From: Oopsacas minuta
Taxonomy: Eukaryota > Animalia > Porifera
NCBI GenBank assembly: GCA_024704765.1
Contig: JAKMXF010000022.1
Coordinates: forward strand, 376,981-440,980
DNA length: 64,000 nt
Reading direction: 5' to 3'
Positions 36,182-50,600 of the stretch are shown here, one piece after another. Positions within the stretch are counted from its first letter, which is position 1; every line of letters starts with the position of its first letter. The translations under genes and the position numbers were made by a program. The notes under the pieces are model-generated. The model was not told where the DNA came from. It ran no database searches and saw only the letters and a program-made list of their open reading frames with translations.

Positions 36182-37930
36182 TGTTTCATTACAACTCATT
36201 CTCAGCCCTCAGATTCATTATGATAAGTACATTTAATTAGTCCAATTTATTCAATTTATCAATTAAAACACAATTTGATACTCTTTCATGTTTCTAATAT
36301 AATATTATATATTTACTTATGTAAAGTGTTTAATTAATAAAAGAATTAAAATTTTAGAAATAATAATTATTACTCCGAGCAATATTTGTTAATTGATTAC
36401 TCATACTCATGAAAAATTAGCTGTCAAATTGTGTCTTGTAAGATTATACATGTCCCTTAGCCATAATACATTGGTTCATATATACTCATATTCCTGAGCA
36501 AGTTAATTACTGTAGCTATGTAATAGCACCCTTTGAGGGTAGAAAATACAGATACCTACATGCTAAATAAAATTAATCACAACATTGTATGCATTCATTG
36601 ATTCATTAACTTCTATAATATGCTTTATGGCGAAGTAAGTTATGCCTAGTTAGCTCTTTGATTTTGGTTACACCCCAGCAATGGTTGAAATGTGGGCGTT
36701 TACTCGAGACATATAATAACCAGCTTACCCTATTTTCACTTGAACAACAGATAAATAATAATTACATACGCATATGCTATCTGTTTTGGTTAAGTCTAAG
36801 TATATGGGTGTTTAACCTAAAGATCTCCTCCTCACTTTCACTATATTTTATCTCTCACTTGTTGTTAATGAATTGCAAAACAATTAAACTCAATGTTGTT
36901 TTGGGCAGAAAGGTTGGAGTCCCTCCAAATTTACATAATTGTTTTGCATAATTATCCTATTTGAAATTATTGAATAAGAACACTGGGGTGAGACAGATTG
37001 GGAAGGTTATTAATACTTTGACCTGAGAATTATTTGAAGAGAATTATCGGTCTTATATTGGGAAGTTTAGTCTTCTCCATAAAGAATTGATTACAAAAAC
37101 ACTATTAAACCTTGACCTAAGTAGTAGACTTTTCTTCAACAATCGAGTGATATCTTTACTGATACAATCAATTATCACTAATATTTGTGAGAAACTATTC
37201 TGTTAACATAAGCAAGTATTGATTTTTTGCAATCAAATCACCTACTCGTCAATTCTGGGCACATTTTACAGGACTACGAAAGCGCATTCAAAATCATAAA
37301 CCCATCCCTTTTCTACATATAATCTGACCAGACAAAATATTCAGCCATTTCTAAAATTCCATACAAATAATACTATTATTTATAATGTTTTAACACTAAT
37401 TTCTGCCAGACTCTGACTGTTTTTTATTATATAGTGGGTCTATTCTTGATGGTCAATACAATAGTACATTATTATTCAGAAGATATCTATATTTGGTATC
37501 AAATTTGCAATCTACTTATTCTGATAAATAAATTTCTAAGATTTGTGTGAAATACTCATTAATATGTTTAAAAATTTCCGACCCTGTGTCACTTAGTAAA
37601 ACCTATCACCATATGTATAATGGCTGTGTAAAGTGGCAGAAAGTGTAATGAGTCGAAAATAATCAGTATTAGCATTTAATATCTAAGCAGGAATTCCATA
37701 TGCTGATGTTTTCAAATACGTAGAATGCAAATTTGACATGGGATATACTCTAAATATTACAGTTTTAGTGTATTGGCCCCTCAAGAATTGATCAGTACTA
37801 TATTTAAATGGAAATTTTAGCATTGACTGAATACTTTTGTTGGCAAGGTATATAATATTTATAATAACTGGGTGACGAATATATGTATAGCCATGTTTTA
37901 ACATAAAATGGACAACAGATTCCTTATATA

Positions 37931-38081
37931 TAGCTCAACTATACTATAGTGCAGTTTTTTGTAATACAAAAACCCCAAACCCTCATTCCAAAAGGTGATT
38001 TTCATTAGGCCTAACAAATGACCTTTCCTCGAACATAGAAAAGCTAATACACAAAAACTGTACTATAGTATAGTTGAGCTA
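37931..38081. repeat. Long inverted repeat (MITE-like foldback)
   Basis: tagctcaactatactatagtgcagttttt vs aaaaactgtactatagtatagttgagcta (one mismatch) around a spacer of ~90 nt. Confidence 0.65.
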
Positions 38082-40625
38082 TGTAGAAGTTATTTGAATG
38101 GGGGGGGACAATATTGTCATGTATGCATAATCTGAATAAGTTGCAATAGGTCAGAAACGTGGGATATTGGACATAAATCTGATCTAGATAGTAGCTATGC
38201 ATTGAAATCCACTCATGACTCATTTTGCATATTGTCATCTTTCTGATTGTATCTCTCATTTCTTCATTAATTGAGGAAGGAGCTGATATGTAAATGATAA
38301 TATATTTTGTATAATAATATTAAAGTGTTACTTTTTCCAATCTACGTACCTGAAATCTTCAAATATTTTCAACCTACTTTTACCAATATACTCTATATGT
38401 GGATTTTGATCGTGATAATGTAATTGTGTGTGGAATGTAGTATATGTTCGCAATATGTTGTATTAGCATATACTATTTAGAACACTACATTACATAGTTC
38501 TAAATTATAGTTCAGCCCAGTTACCCTAACATGTAAATGATATTTGATATTAATATTGCCATGTCCTAATTCGTAAGTTATGCTTCTAGGGACACTATTT
38601 GCAAATCCGTATTTGCTGATTATCTTTTTTATCTACCATATTTTTATAATCTATTGCATTCCATGAATAAGCACCTGACGCTTAGTTTGGTTCAATGAAA
38701 CCCTCGCTTATTCACGAAAAAGAATCTATTACTATTTTATGTGGAAACAACAATTCCCACTTCTCTGACTACGTATAATATTTAACTATTGAGCATAATA
38801 TAATTCAAGAGAGAGGATCGTATCTTGTGTAACCTATAGCGTAACTAGAATTAATGTAGAGGAGACAGTTGCCTCACCTCCCTATTATAATCGCCATAAT
38901 ATTAGGGAAAATATCCATCCTTGCCTCCTCGCTCTGAGATCTCTAGTTACGCCCAAGGTAACACATACGCTATTCTGATTTTGAGAATAATTATAAATTC
39001 AGTTATGGAGAGTGTCGATTTTAACTCTACATATTGTAATGCATTGTGACTTCTCTTTCTTCTGATTTCTTTGTACCAGTAACTAATGACTGTATCTCAT
39101 GTTCTGATACTTTTGCAACTAACTAATTTAGATCTAACTTTCAATAATGCAATAATGCTTGTGCATTAGTTACTGTGTACTCCCTCACAATTACCTGAAT
39201 GGCCCTAAGCTCCTTGGAGGGGTTCCTAGAAATAATTAAATTTAGCCCTTCCCAAAATATATATTTTTAGAAAGTTTGGTACTTTTGTCGTGAGGAATTG
39301 ACTGATACTAACCAACTACACAATGCATTCAGGACGAGACGTACATTATTTCCTTAGGAAAAGATCGCGTAAGCATCTTAATAGCACGATTCAGCTTGGC
39401 ATCGAGAAATAGTATAGAGGGAGGGAATTCATTGAAACACATTTTGTGAGAATGTAAATGGACTGTGTAATCAATTCCATCCAACTAGCATATTCATCGA
39501 ACTTAATTATTGCTGTACGTAGTATTACGTTGGGCAACCATCTGAGGGTGAATTATATACAGATTCCACAGTCTCTAATCTTTATCTCTTTGTCATATTT
39601 TCTTATCACTATCTGTTTTTGTAATCTTTATTTTCGTAATTACGTAGGTGGTTTTACATATACTGGATATTCGTGAAACTCAAAAGGACATTTGAACAGT
39701 AACTTATTGAGACTTAAGGCATAAGCTCTCAATAACTGGCAAGCAGGAACAGAACCCAACATAGAATAATCGAAACGATATAACACGAAATTAAATGAAC
39801 CGAACATTTTCATAATGTTACCGTATAATTTTTATCAAATACTTTTGCAGATATAAATAATACAATATTATAAACTAACGGCCAACATTAGTATTATTCA
39901 TGTGTCTGCTTTTTGGCATCCCCAGTCACTCTCCAGTTTCTGCTTTACATTCTTCTTGTTGAGGAGAGGATTTGCAAAAAGTCCGTGAAATACTAGGACA
40001 ATGGATATCTACGATCTTACAATATCCCCTGTACACTGTGTATACTGAAATTCAATCCCAAAATAGCATACCATAACTTTTCCTTAACAACGGATATATA
40101 GACAAAATAGCAATCCCTGTCATCTTTAACGCTCCAATATGATATTTTACCATAAGCTAGATCTTCTGATGCTATTAATCCAACTCAGATAAATACGATA
40201 TATTATGTTATTAGTAATTCAGTTTTCTCTTAGCCTATTTTAATGATCTAAGTATAATATACTTTCATGTTTATGTTATTCTCGCAATTACCCCATCTGA
40301 CAGATTAATAAAACTGCTATCAATCAGCAATATTTATCTTACAACATGCTAGACATGTGGTAAACATTTTCATTTATTGAAGAGATACACAGTGATATAC
40401 GTATTTGCATTATAATACCTGTAATAGAATTTTCTAAGTTTGCTGATTTTATCATCTTTCGGTGATTATTATATCTTACAGTAAACTCTCGTTATAACCA
40501 AGTGCTGGGGACCCCGGTTTGATTTATGAGTCATAGGATTCATAGTTTTTACTGTGCCGAATAATACTATTACATAAGTATAGTGGCTCAGTTCTAAAAT
40601 TATTGGCTTAGTATATTAGTTACTA

Positions 40626-40727
40626 CAGTAGAACTCGGATAAGACGTACCCCCTCGGGAAACAGAAATTAGTACGTCTTAACCGAGTGTACGTCTTAAGC
40701 CGAGTACGTCTTATCCGAGTTCTACTG
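40626..40727. mobile_element. Tc1/mariner (pogo-like) MITE, 102 bp
   Basis: Perfect 24-bp TIRs CAGTAGAACTCGGATAAGACGTAC; TA on both sides; interior includes gtacgtctta..ccgag subrepeats. Confidence 0.85.
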
Positions 40728-41641
40728 TATATATGGATGTGTATGTTTTCGCTCTGCTATTCACACCTTTAGAGATTAAGACGCCAAATATGGCACGTGC
40801 ACCCATAGTGACATCTATTGTGTACCTGACATTTGAAAAATTTCATGTGTATATTTTCACACCTTTTGACACTTCTGTATTTTAGCCCAATCAGATTGTA
40901 GGGTTTTAAAAATAGGCTTAAATACATAAAATTAGTTCTGGCGGAGTATTTGTAATTAAATTAGCGCTGGAATATATTTGTATTGATGTAGACTGTAATT
41001 CTATTGGTCAATATATTCAATTAAATATGTATATACGGTAGACATTATCATATGATTAATCATATTTTCACACCTTTGGTGAACATTTCAATATTATCCT
41101 AGAGATTAGCTTCCACTTGTTAAATTGGGGTAAACGGGGACGTATAATTCGATTTTTAACATTTAAATGTCTAACAAGATTAGTAAAATTCAATTTTATC
41201 TTTCTTTGCTATAATAGATATTTAGTAGAATAATATAGTTCCAATAATCCACTAAAATTTGATATGTCATCTGATGTGAAAATTACTGTTTAATTAATAA
41301 TTATGATTCCTGATATTAAAGTCATCTTGGTCATATAAATATCACAATAATCGGTAAATGCTGTTCGTAACAGGCTCAATATCCAGGTTACGAAATAACC
41401 ATCTGTACAACTAATTCATATTCATATTCATCATGTTAGGCTAGGCTATTCTCCTTTCAGCTACATAGTATACGTACGTATAATCATGGGAGAGACGGAT
41501 TCAATTTCACATAGCATCCATAGTGGATGACATCTCACTGTACTTCATCACGCATGTATAAAATCATGTATAAACTTACACTTTGCATACGATTATTTTT
41601 GTTGATTGATTTGCTAATACATTCATTATTTAACTACAACG

Positions 41642-44600
41642 ATGGTGGACCGTTTGGCTGCCATTTTTTTGCTATTTTTGGCAATATTGTCTTCATTTGG
41701 TAAGTTTTGTATACAATAGAAACAATTCGTCTAAAATCAAATTTTTTGCATGATTGCAAAAGTCGCTTATTAGCAAAGAAAATTCTTGCAAAAATACGAT
41801 TTGCTGATAGGCAGTTTTAATTGTACTGATATTAATTAGTCGTTATTTCAATACGTAAGAGCTAAAGGTTCGTCGCTTTGCGATGAACTCGACGCATTGC
41901 GCCTCGAGGTATCCATTATTTTCCCAATTGACGGCTCCTTTGAGTATTATAATATTGATATATTTAGAACAATGTAATTCACAAATATACATATATGGCA
42001 TGGCGTATATGTTAATGAAAATATTTTTGGAAGATCAACATCCTTTGTAGCCGTTAAGGTGAAGTATCTACTTAAATTTGGAGATTTTGCAAATTTGTTT
42101 CCTTTATATTCATAAAAACAACAATAAATTTACATATGAGAACCTTGAAAATGCGAAATTCGGTTTCAGCATACTTAGTTACCCCTGGGTAGCTGTTTAG
42201 AGCACCCCTGCATGTATTTTTTGAAATTTTGCTAATTTGTTTACTTTACATTCATAGAAACAACATTAAATTTACATATGATTAATCCAAAAGTGTGAAA
42301 TTCGGATTCAGCATGTTTGATATATTTAGTGAAGTTTTATTGAATTCTATATACTTCCTTGATAAACACAATAAATACATAGTTATACGACTATTTCAAC
42401 TTTGCATACCGAAAATCTTTCCTTGACAACGGACAAACAAACACAATCAAACAAACAATCATTGATATTTAATAATATAGATTTAGTTAATTATATTTAT
42501 GTGTTAATTACTACAATCGAATATATTTGTAGTTGGGCCTTCAGCTATTCCTGGTTGTCCTACTTGTGACTTACTATTCAATGGCACATGTTACTCCCAT
42601 TTCTCAGACCTTAAAACCTGGCATGATGCCAACTCTAGTTGCTACGATTGGGGAGGGAATCTTGTATCTAACTATCCTTACCATTTCTCCATCCTACACG
42701 ATTCTACAAACTCATGGAATAGTCAAAAGTCAGATAGACTATGTGGCTATTATACTGCAGACGGAGAGTTAAGTTCTATTGATTGCTCCCGGAATTTTAC
42801 TTATGGTTGCATTCGACCAAGTAAGCTATTTTAATTTATTTATTTCCTTATTATACAGTACGTAATTATTTATTCTGAACTTTACGTTTGCGTAAAATTC
42901 TAGGAATAGAGTATCAAATAATATAATAAATTGCTTCTACCTGAATCGACATACTATGTAATTAGCTATATGCTTTCACTTGTGTAATAATACCACATAA
43001 ATCAATCCCCTACTAATTGCCATTTCATAATATTTTATATATTAGCCACACCCAAGTCAATCTGCTGGTATTCATTAGAATTATAAAAGAATTAATGTAT
43101 GAATTAATTTATCTTACACTTCAACATGTCTTGTTCCAACCCACTACATGATGTAATACCCAATGATAATAATTGGCAATCCTTTATTCCTTACAATATG
43201 CATTTTTCAATGGGTTAATGACTGTTATCTTTTAGTATCCTGCAATACTGAATGTGAACTGTTCTATGATGGTAGATGTTATAGTGGAAACTTTAGTGTT
43301 ACAAGGACACACACTCAAGCTGCAGATTCTTGCGTGGAAAGTGGTAGTTACCTAGCATCCATTCTGTCTCCACTTATTCCACAAATATTCCAAGCTTTGG
43401 ATCGAATTTACTGGATTGGATTGCGAGATATATTTTCCAATGAAACATTTGAATGGATAGACGGATCTGAGGTTGTCTATACGAATTTCTATTATAATTT
43501 GAATTATACAAATACCACTTCTAATTCTACAAATATGCCAGTGACTGAATGCATATTGGCAGGGTATGAAGGTTCTCGAAACTGGACTTATGCTGATTGC
43601 GATTCGACATATAGTTATCTTTGCAGTGCTGGAGGTATGCTTAAAAACTAATAATATTATACCTTTTCATGCTCACATATTCTTGTTTATTTTGCTATAA
43701 TTTCTATTTTTCAGTTATAACAAGTCCTCCTTACAATTTCGCCTCATCTGCTATTACTGACTCCTCCTTACTACTATCATGGGATGAAATACCATTAATC
43801 GATAGATTTGCTCCGATCCTAGGATACATAGTTGAATATTACGGTATATCTTCAGATGCAACAGAGAGAAAAATTCAATTTGAATCCGATTCACTGAATG
43901 TAACAGTCGACGATTTACAGTCCAATGTGACATACAACTTCACAATAAGAGCGAATGGCGTACTAGGGGATGGTCCTGTTTCCGACATACAAATCACTAC
44001 ACCATTTAAAGGTATATTTTACTACATTTATTGTTTTGCTTAGTAAATTATTAATGTATTGCTTTAGAGCTCACTACTTCAATAAGAAACCTGACTCAAC
44101 TTTTTGTAACTTCAACTACATCTGTTATCCAATGGTTAAGGCCCGTCCTGACGCCAGCACATGGAAGTATACAGAGTTACACTATAGAAGTACTTGATCA
44201 AGATGATGAGCTATTGATACAGAGCACTAGTGTTTATACATCTTACTCTATTTCTGACCTATCTCCTTACTCTAACTATTCTGTAGAAGTATATGCTAAT
44301 TCAACTGCTGGACAGAGTCCATCTGCAACTATTCAGATACAGACTTTAGAAGATGGTACGTAATATGGTTATTTTAACTATTGTACAACTATTAAATGTT
44401 TATTGTATCCACTAGTTCCATCAACCGGTCCGAGAAACTTTACACTTTCAACTCTGAACTCTACAGCTCTGCAAGCTAGCTGGTCTCCCCCTCTCATTTC
44501 TGATAGGAATGGGGTTATAACCACATACTATATCACTGTGACCGTAGCTAGCCAGGAGGTGTACATGACAGAACGTAATATACAAGTATCAGAAAGTGTA

Positions 44601-47600
44601 TCGAGTGTTGAGTTGTCAGGACTTGAAGAGTATACGCGGTATGGTGTTGTACTTACTGCAGCAACCAGTGTAGGAAAAGGACCAGAAATCAATGCTACTG
44701 CAAGAACGGATGCTGCTGGTATGTAATCCACATCTTCCATTGGTATGTCTACATAAATAATTTATTATTCAATTTACTTTAGTGCCCACTGGAGAAGTAC
44801 AAAATTTGACAGTTATAGAAGTAGATAGCAGAGGAGTGGTCGTGTCCTGGAGTCCCCCAGCTGTGAGTCTTCAGAACGGTGAGATAAACGGGTACAGGAT
44901 AGTGACGAGAAGAGATTCTACAGTAGTGTTGAACATCACTACAACATCTGCATGCTACTCCATATCAGATCTATACCCTCATATTAACTACAGTGTGAGT
45001 GTATCTCCTATAAATTCTGAAGGAGAAGGACCTTCTCTTTCAATCTACCAATACACTGAATCTGAAGGTAAATATTCATTCGACAATTAACTACTAAACT
45101 ATATTTACTAAAATTTATTAATATTAATTTTATTTGGGATTTTCTAAGAATCTTTCTGTGAAGAACGGATGAGATTTCGCCACTTTCCCTTTCCCGAAAA
45201 AGCTCTCTATTTTCGGATTATCGTTGTCTTCCTCATCTTCCCATTCTACTTGGTATGCTTTTTCGAGCTTTTTTCGACAAGTTGACCATCCAAACCGCAC
45301 AATATTTGGGTATCCAAATACTTTATCCAAATTTCCACTCAGCCATGCTTTAGTATTAGGATCCCCGGTATAGCCTGATCCTAGTTTACTAGTAAAATTC
45401 ACATTTTCTTTGAACACCCAATTATCTAAGCACCAATCCCTAACAACTTTAGCACAAATACTAGCAGCTCCAACTATAGGAAACTTGCTATCAGCTTTTA
45501 TATGTACTTCTATCTTGAACTTTCCCTCGAATTCTTTGTTGAGTTTCTTTTCATAAGACTTAGCGTCCCCTACCGTATCCAACAACACCAAAGAGATATT
45601 AACTCCTCTCTCTAACAATCTTCTAATCATTCTAATTGCAGTGTTATGAGAGATTACATTGAGATTAATTTTGTCTCGAGCAAGCATACAATTTGAGATA
45701 TAATTGGGGCTGAGAACCTCAACTCCTCTCCCTATCATACCCGATTGTTGGATCATAATTTGCATAAGTGTATCTCTTTTAGATGGTTTTAATTCTTTAG
45801 AATCAGCGAAACCCAACGAAGCTAAGGTATCTGTTTTAGAAACAGGACAGTAACATATCCCATATACCATTGGTCCTAATACCGGTCCTCTTCCTGCTTC
45901 ATCTATCCCAACAATACAACTTTCTTTGAATGTAACATCTGGTGATTCTGGGAACAATTCCAAATTATGACCCCTGTTGTATTCTTCTTCCCTATGGTTC
46001 TTATAGAATTCTCCTAGTATGTTTGTTTGATTTGAGATTAATTCATCTCTTCCTTGTGTACTGCATTCATCATCTGTATAATTTGATTCCGCACTATCGT
46101 ACCCAGCTGCCATAAATCAAATATGTGTAACACGCGCTTCGCATAAATACCTTAATTTGTATGATTATTCTGGTTTAGTATCAACTAATTGATGTTAAAT
46201 TATTTAATATTAAAATGCCATATTTAGGAATATTTGTGCCTGGAATTATTTCTTACAGTTTTGCTTATAGACAGCATTTTTTCTATTACATAATTATGTC
46301 GATCCGTTTGCATACAACAATACTACAGGTGGCAAATGATTGGATTATGAAAATGTATTGCTAGTGGTTACGAAGTGGTTCTATTCAAACATTGTAAGCT
46401 TTGAATCGTAAATCATTGAAATTTTAGATTTACACATCATCAGTAGACCATACAACTAATCAGAAAATAATTAATCCAAAATAGTAAACTAACCTTGGAT
46501 ATACTAAGAATAATGAAAGTCATGTATACTACTTTAGGAAATACGGACTTGGGAATTTCACATAATTGTGTACAACAATACTGTTTTACGTATGAATATT
46601 ACCATATTTTGCAGTTCCATCATCTACAGTCCGTAACCTGACTGCTGTACCTAGTTCCAGTTCCATTACAGTAAGCTGGTATGAACCAATCATGGATGAC
46701 TTGAATGGTGTACCAACTTACTACACACTGAGATACTCTGGAGTTGAGTTTCAGAGTGAAGAGAAGACAGTTGTAGTCAACTACACTTCTTCTGGAAATG
46801 AGACTGTCTCTCTAACTGGTTTAGAGGCTTACACAATGTACGAGATATCCGTTACTTTGTCTACCAGTATTGGAGAGGGAGATCCTGCAAATATTGATAT
46901 TCGAACACTGGAGACAGTTCCCACTGGTACACCCACCGATCTCAACACTAATGTCCTCTCTGCTAACATCATCAGTGTGACATGGGGTCATCCTATCTCC
47001 ATTGACCAGAACGGAGTGATCACTGAATACACTCTGACATACAGAGGCGTGGAACGAGACACAACATCTCGTGAAGTAACTCTCTATTCAAATGATACAT
47101 TCTTTACTAACTACATTCTATCAGAACTTGATGAACACACAAACTACAACATTTCTGTATCAGCCAGTACATCTGTTGGAAGGGGTCCGGTCTCTTCTCT
47201 CCAAACAATAACAGATCAAGATGGTGAGACTACTGACTTAATTATATTTATTAAATTCTATTCTGATCATTTATCCTATTTCTATTCTTGTAGTTCCTTC
47301 TGCTGCCCCTAACAACGTTGCAACTAGTGTAGTTAACTCTACAGCCATTCTCTTAACATGGGATGCTCCAGACCTCTCTGATAGAAATGGAATCCTCCTC
47401 TACTACACACTGACTTACTTCGGTGTAGAATTGGATCAAATAGTACGAGTAGTTAATTACACCATTGAAGGTTCTAATCACTCCAATCAGACATATGAAT
47501 TCTCAGGACTACAGGAATACACTGTGTATGAGTTTACTGTTGCTAGTTATACTACAATTGGCAAAGGCACCGCAGCTACTATTGGTCAGAGGACTCTACA

Positions 47601-50600
47601 ATCAGGTATTTAAATGTTTATATGTGTGTTTAGCTTAATTGTATCTATTTGTTGATTACCTAATTTTATCCAGGTGTGTAGAAGCGCCATTGGCTATGAA
47701 TATTGATCTGTTTGAGCAAACGTATATTCTTGTTGGAATTGTTGTTGCATTTTGGTTTCTATTTTGTTTTATACTTGTATCTTTAATCCTTGTCTTTTAG
47801 TTCCCAGTGCCCAGCCATCCAATCTGAATGTACAGATCCTATCGTCTTCAATCTTAATAGCAACTTGGTATGAACCTCCCTTCTCTGAACAGAACGGTAT
47901 ACTAACAAAGTACAGAATAACATGGCGTGGTTTGGAGAGGGACACAGAAGTGAGACTAGAAGACATTCCAGTGAACAGTACCTCCAATACATCTTACGCA
48001 TTGACTGATCTAGATGCATACACAAACTATGAAGTGAATGTGAGTAGTTTCACTTCAGTAGGAGCTGGTCCAATCTCCAGTTATACAGTGACTACTCTAC
48101 AAGATAGTGAGTTTAATTTGTTGATACATTTGTATTTTGGAATGTTGTATCATTCATTCTTTCTCTTTTAGTTCCTTCTTCATCTGTTCGTAATCTAACA
48201 ACCTCAACAGAAGATCAGAATGCTACATCGATCTTTGTTCGTTGGGAAGTACCAATCTTGAATGACCTGAATGGTATTCTAGTCAATTACTCCATCAACT
48301 ACTCTGGTATAGAGATTGATACAGTTCCCAGAGTCATCTACTTGTCCAATCCTAATCTCACTAACCAATCTATAACTCTAATCGATCTGGAGGAATACAC
48401 CACTTACTCAATCAATGTGTCAGCTTACACGAGAGTGGGCAAAGGTCCTGATGCTATCATCACACAAAGAACCAATCAAGATGGTGAGTGTTGTTTAGAT
48501 AGATGTTTATTGTTTTGTTGATTGTATTTTAACCATTCTTATTGTGTTCTAGCTCCATCTAGCATTCCTACATCCCTTCAAGCTACACCTCTCTCCCCCA
48601 CCATCCTTAGCATCACCTGGGAGAATCCTGTCTATATCAATCAAAATGGTATCATCACTACCTACATACTGACTTATGAAGGCATAGAGAGAGACACACA
48701 GCTACGTACACTGACACTCCCTCAGACTAACCTCTCTCTCACCTGTCATAACTTGGATTCTCTTGAGGAGTATACCACTTACAAGATTTCGGTCTCAGCC
48801 TCTACCACTGTTGGAGCTGGACCTGTTTCAAGAGTTACTGTGAGAACTCTTGAAAATGGTAAGACTTTAGTGATAGTATCCTCTATTATTATTTGCGGAA
48901 ATACTTACCCCCGAGAATACATTTTGGTGCGTTTTACTGAAGAACATCTTATCCGAAATTTCTTCCTAACAATTATTAGAGTTTTGGAGAGAAATTCCGT
49001 ATTACCGAAAGTAGGACTTTACTCGATTACATATTACCTGAGTTATACTGTAGTTAATTCCATTTAATTATAACTCAGCTTAGCTTGACTTTTCAGAGCA
49101 GACGCGTCTTAGTCGAGTTGAGTCAACCTACAGATTATTGGCTAATCTCTTGTATTGTGTATCAACTGAAATTGAGCGAAACATATTGTATAGATCAGTT
49201 TTCGTTAAGACAATTATTCTCCTATTCTAACAAACAATATTTCTAGTTCCATCATCTACAGTCCGTAACCTAACTGCTGAATCTAGTTCCAGTTCCATTA
49301 CGGTAGGCTGGTATGAACCAATCATGAATGATTTGAATGGTGTACCCACTTACTACACACTGAGATACTCTGGAGTTGAGTTTCAGACTGAAGAGAAGAC
49401 AGTTGTAGTCAACTACACTTCTTCTGGAAATGAGACTGTCTCTCTAACTGGTTTAGAGGCTTACACAATGTACGAGATATCCGTTACTTTGTCTACCAGT
49501 ATTGGAGAGGGAGATCCTGCAAATATTGATATTCGAACACTGGAGACAGTTCCCACTGGTACACCCACCGATCTCAACACTAATGTCCTCTCTGCTAACA
49601 TCATCAGTGTGACATGGGGTCATCCTATCTCCATTGACCAGAACGGAGTGATCACTGAATACACTCTGACATACAGAGGCGTGGAACGAGACACAACATC
49701 TCGTGAAGTAACTCTCTATTCAAATGATACATTCTTTACTAACTACATTCTATCAGAACTTGATGAACACACAAACTACAACATTTCTGTATCAGCCAGT
49801 ACATCTGTTGGAAGGGGTCCGGTCTCTTCTCTCCAAACAATAACAGATCAAGATGGTGAGACTACTGACTTAATTATATTTATTAAATTCTATTCTGATC
49901 ATTTATCCTATTTCTATTCTTGTAGTTCCTTCTGCTGCCCCTAACAACGTTGCAACTAGTGTAGTTAACTCTACAGCCATTCTCTTAACATGGGATGCTC
50001 CAGACCTCTCTGATAGAAATGGAATCCTCCTCTACTACACACTGACTTACTTCGGTGTAGAATTGGATCAAATAGTACGAGTAGTTAATTACACCATTGA
50101 AGGTTCTAATCACTCCAATCAGACATACGAATTCTCAGGTCTACAGGAATACACTGTGTATGAGTTTACTGTTGCTAGTTATACTACAATTGGCAAAGGC
50201 ACCGCAGCTACTATTGGTCAGAGGACTCTACAATCAGGTATTTAAATGTTTATATGTGTGTTTAGCTTAATTGTATCTATTTGTTGATTACCTAATTTTA
50301 TCCAGGTGTGTAGAAGCGCCATTGGCTATGAATATTGATCTGTTTGAGCAAACGTATATTCTTGTTGGAATTGTTGTTGCATTTTGGTTTCTATTTTGTT
50401 TTATACTTGTATCTTTAATCCTTGTCTTTTAGTTCCCAGTGCCCAGCCATCCAATCTGAATGTACAGATCCTATCGTCTTCAATCTTAATAGCAACTTGG
50501 TATGAACCTCCCTTCTCTGAACAGAACGGTATACTAACAAAGTACAGAATAACATGGCGTGGTTTGGAGAGGGACACAGAAGTAAGACTAGAAGACATTC

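Noticed and set aside
42533-42772. 79-aa GTG-start ORF in the track
   Set aside because: Wrong frame; the real exon is the phase-1 CTLD frame.
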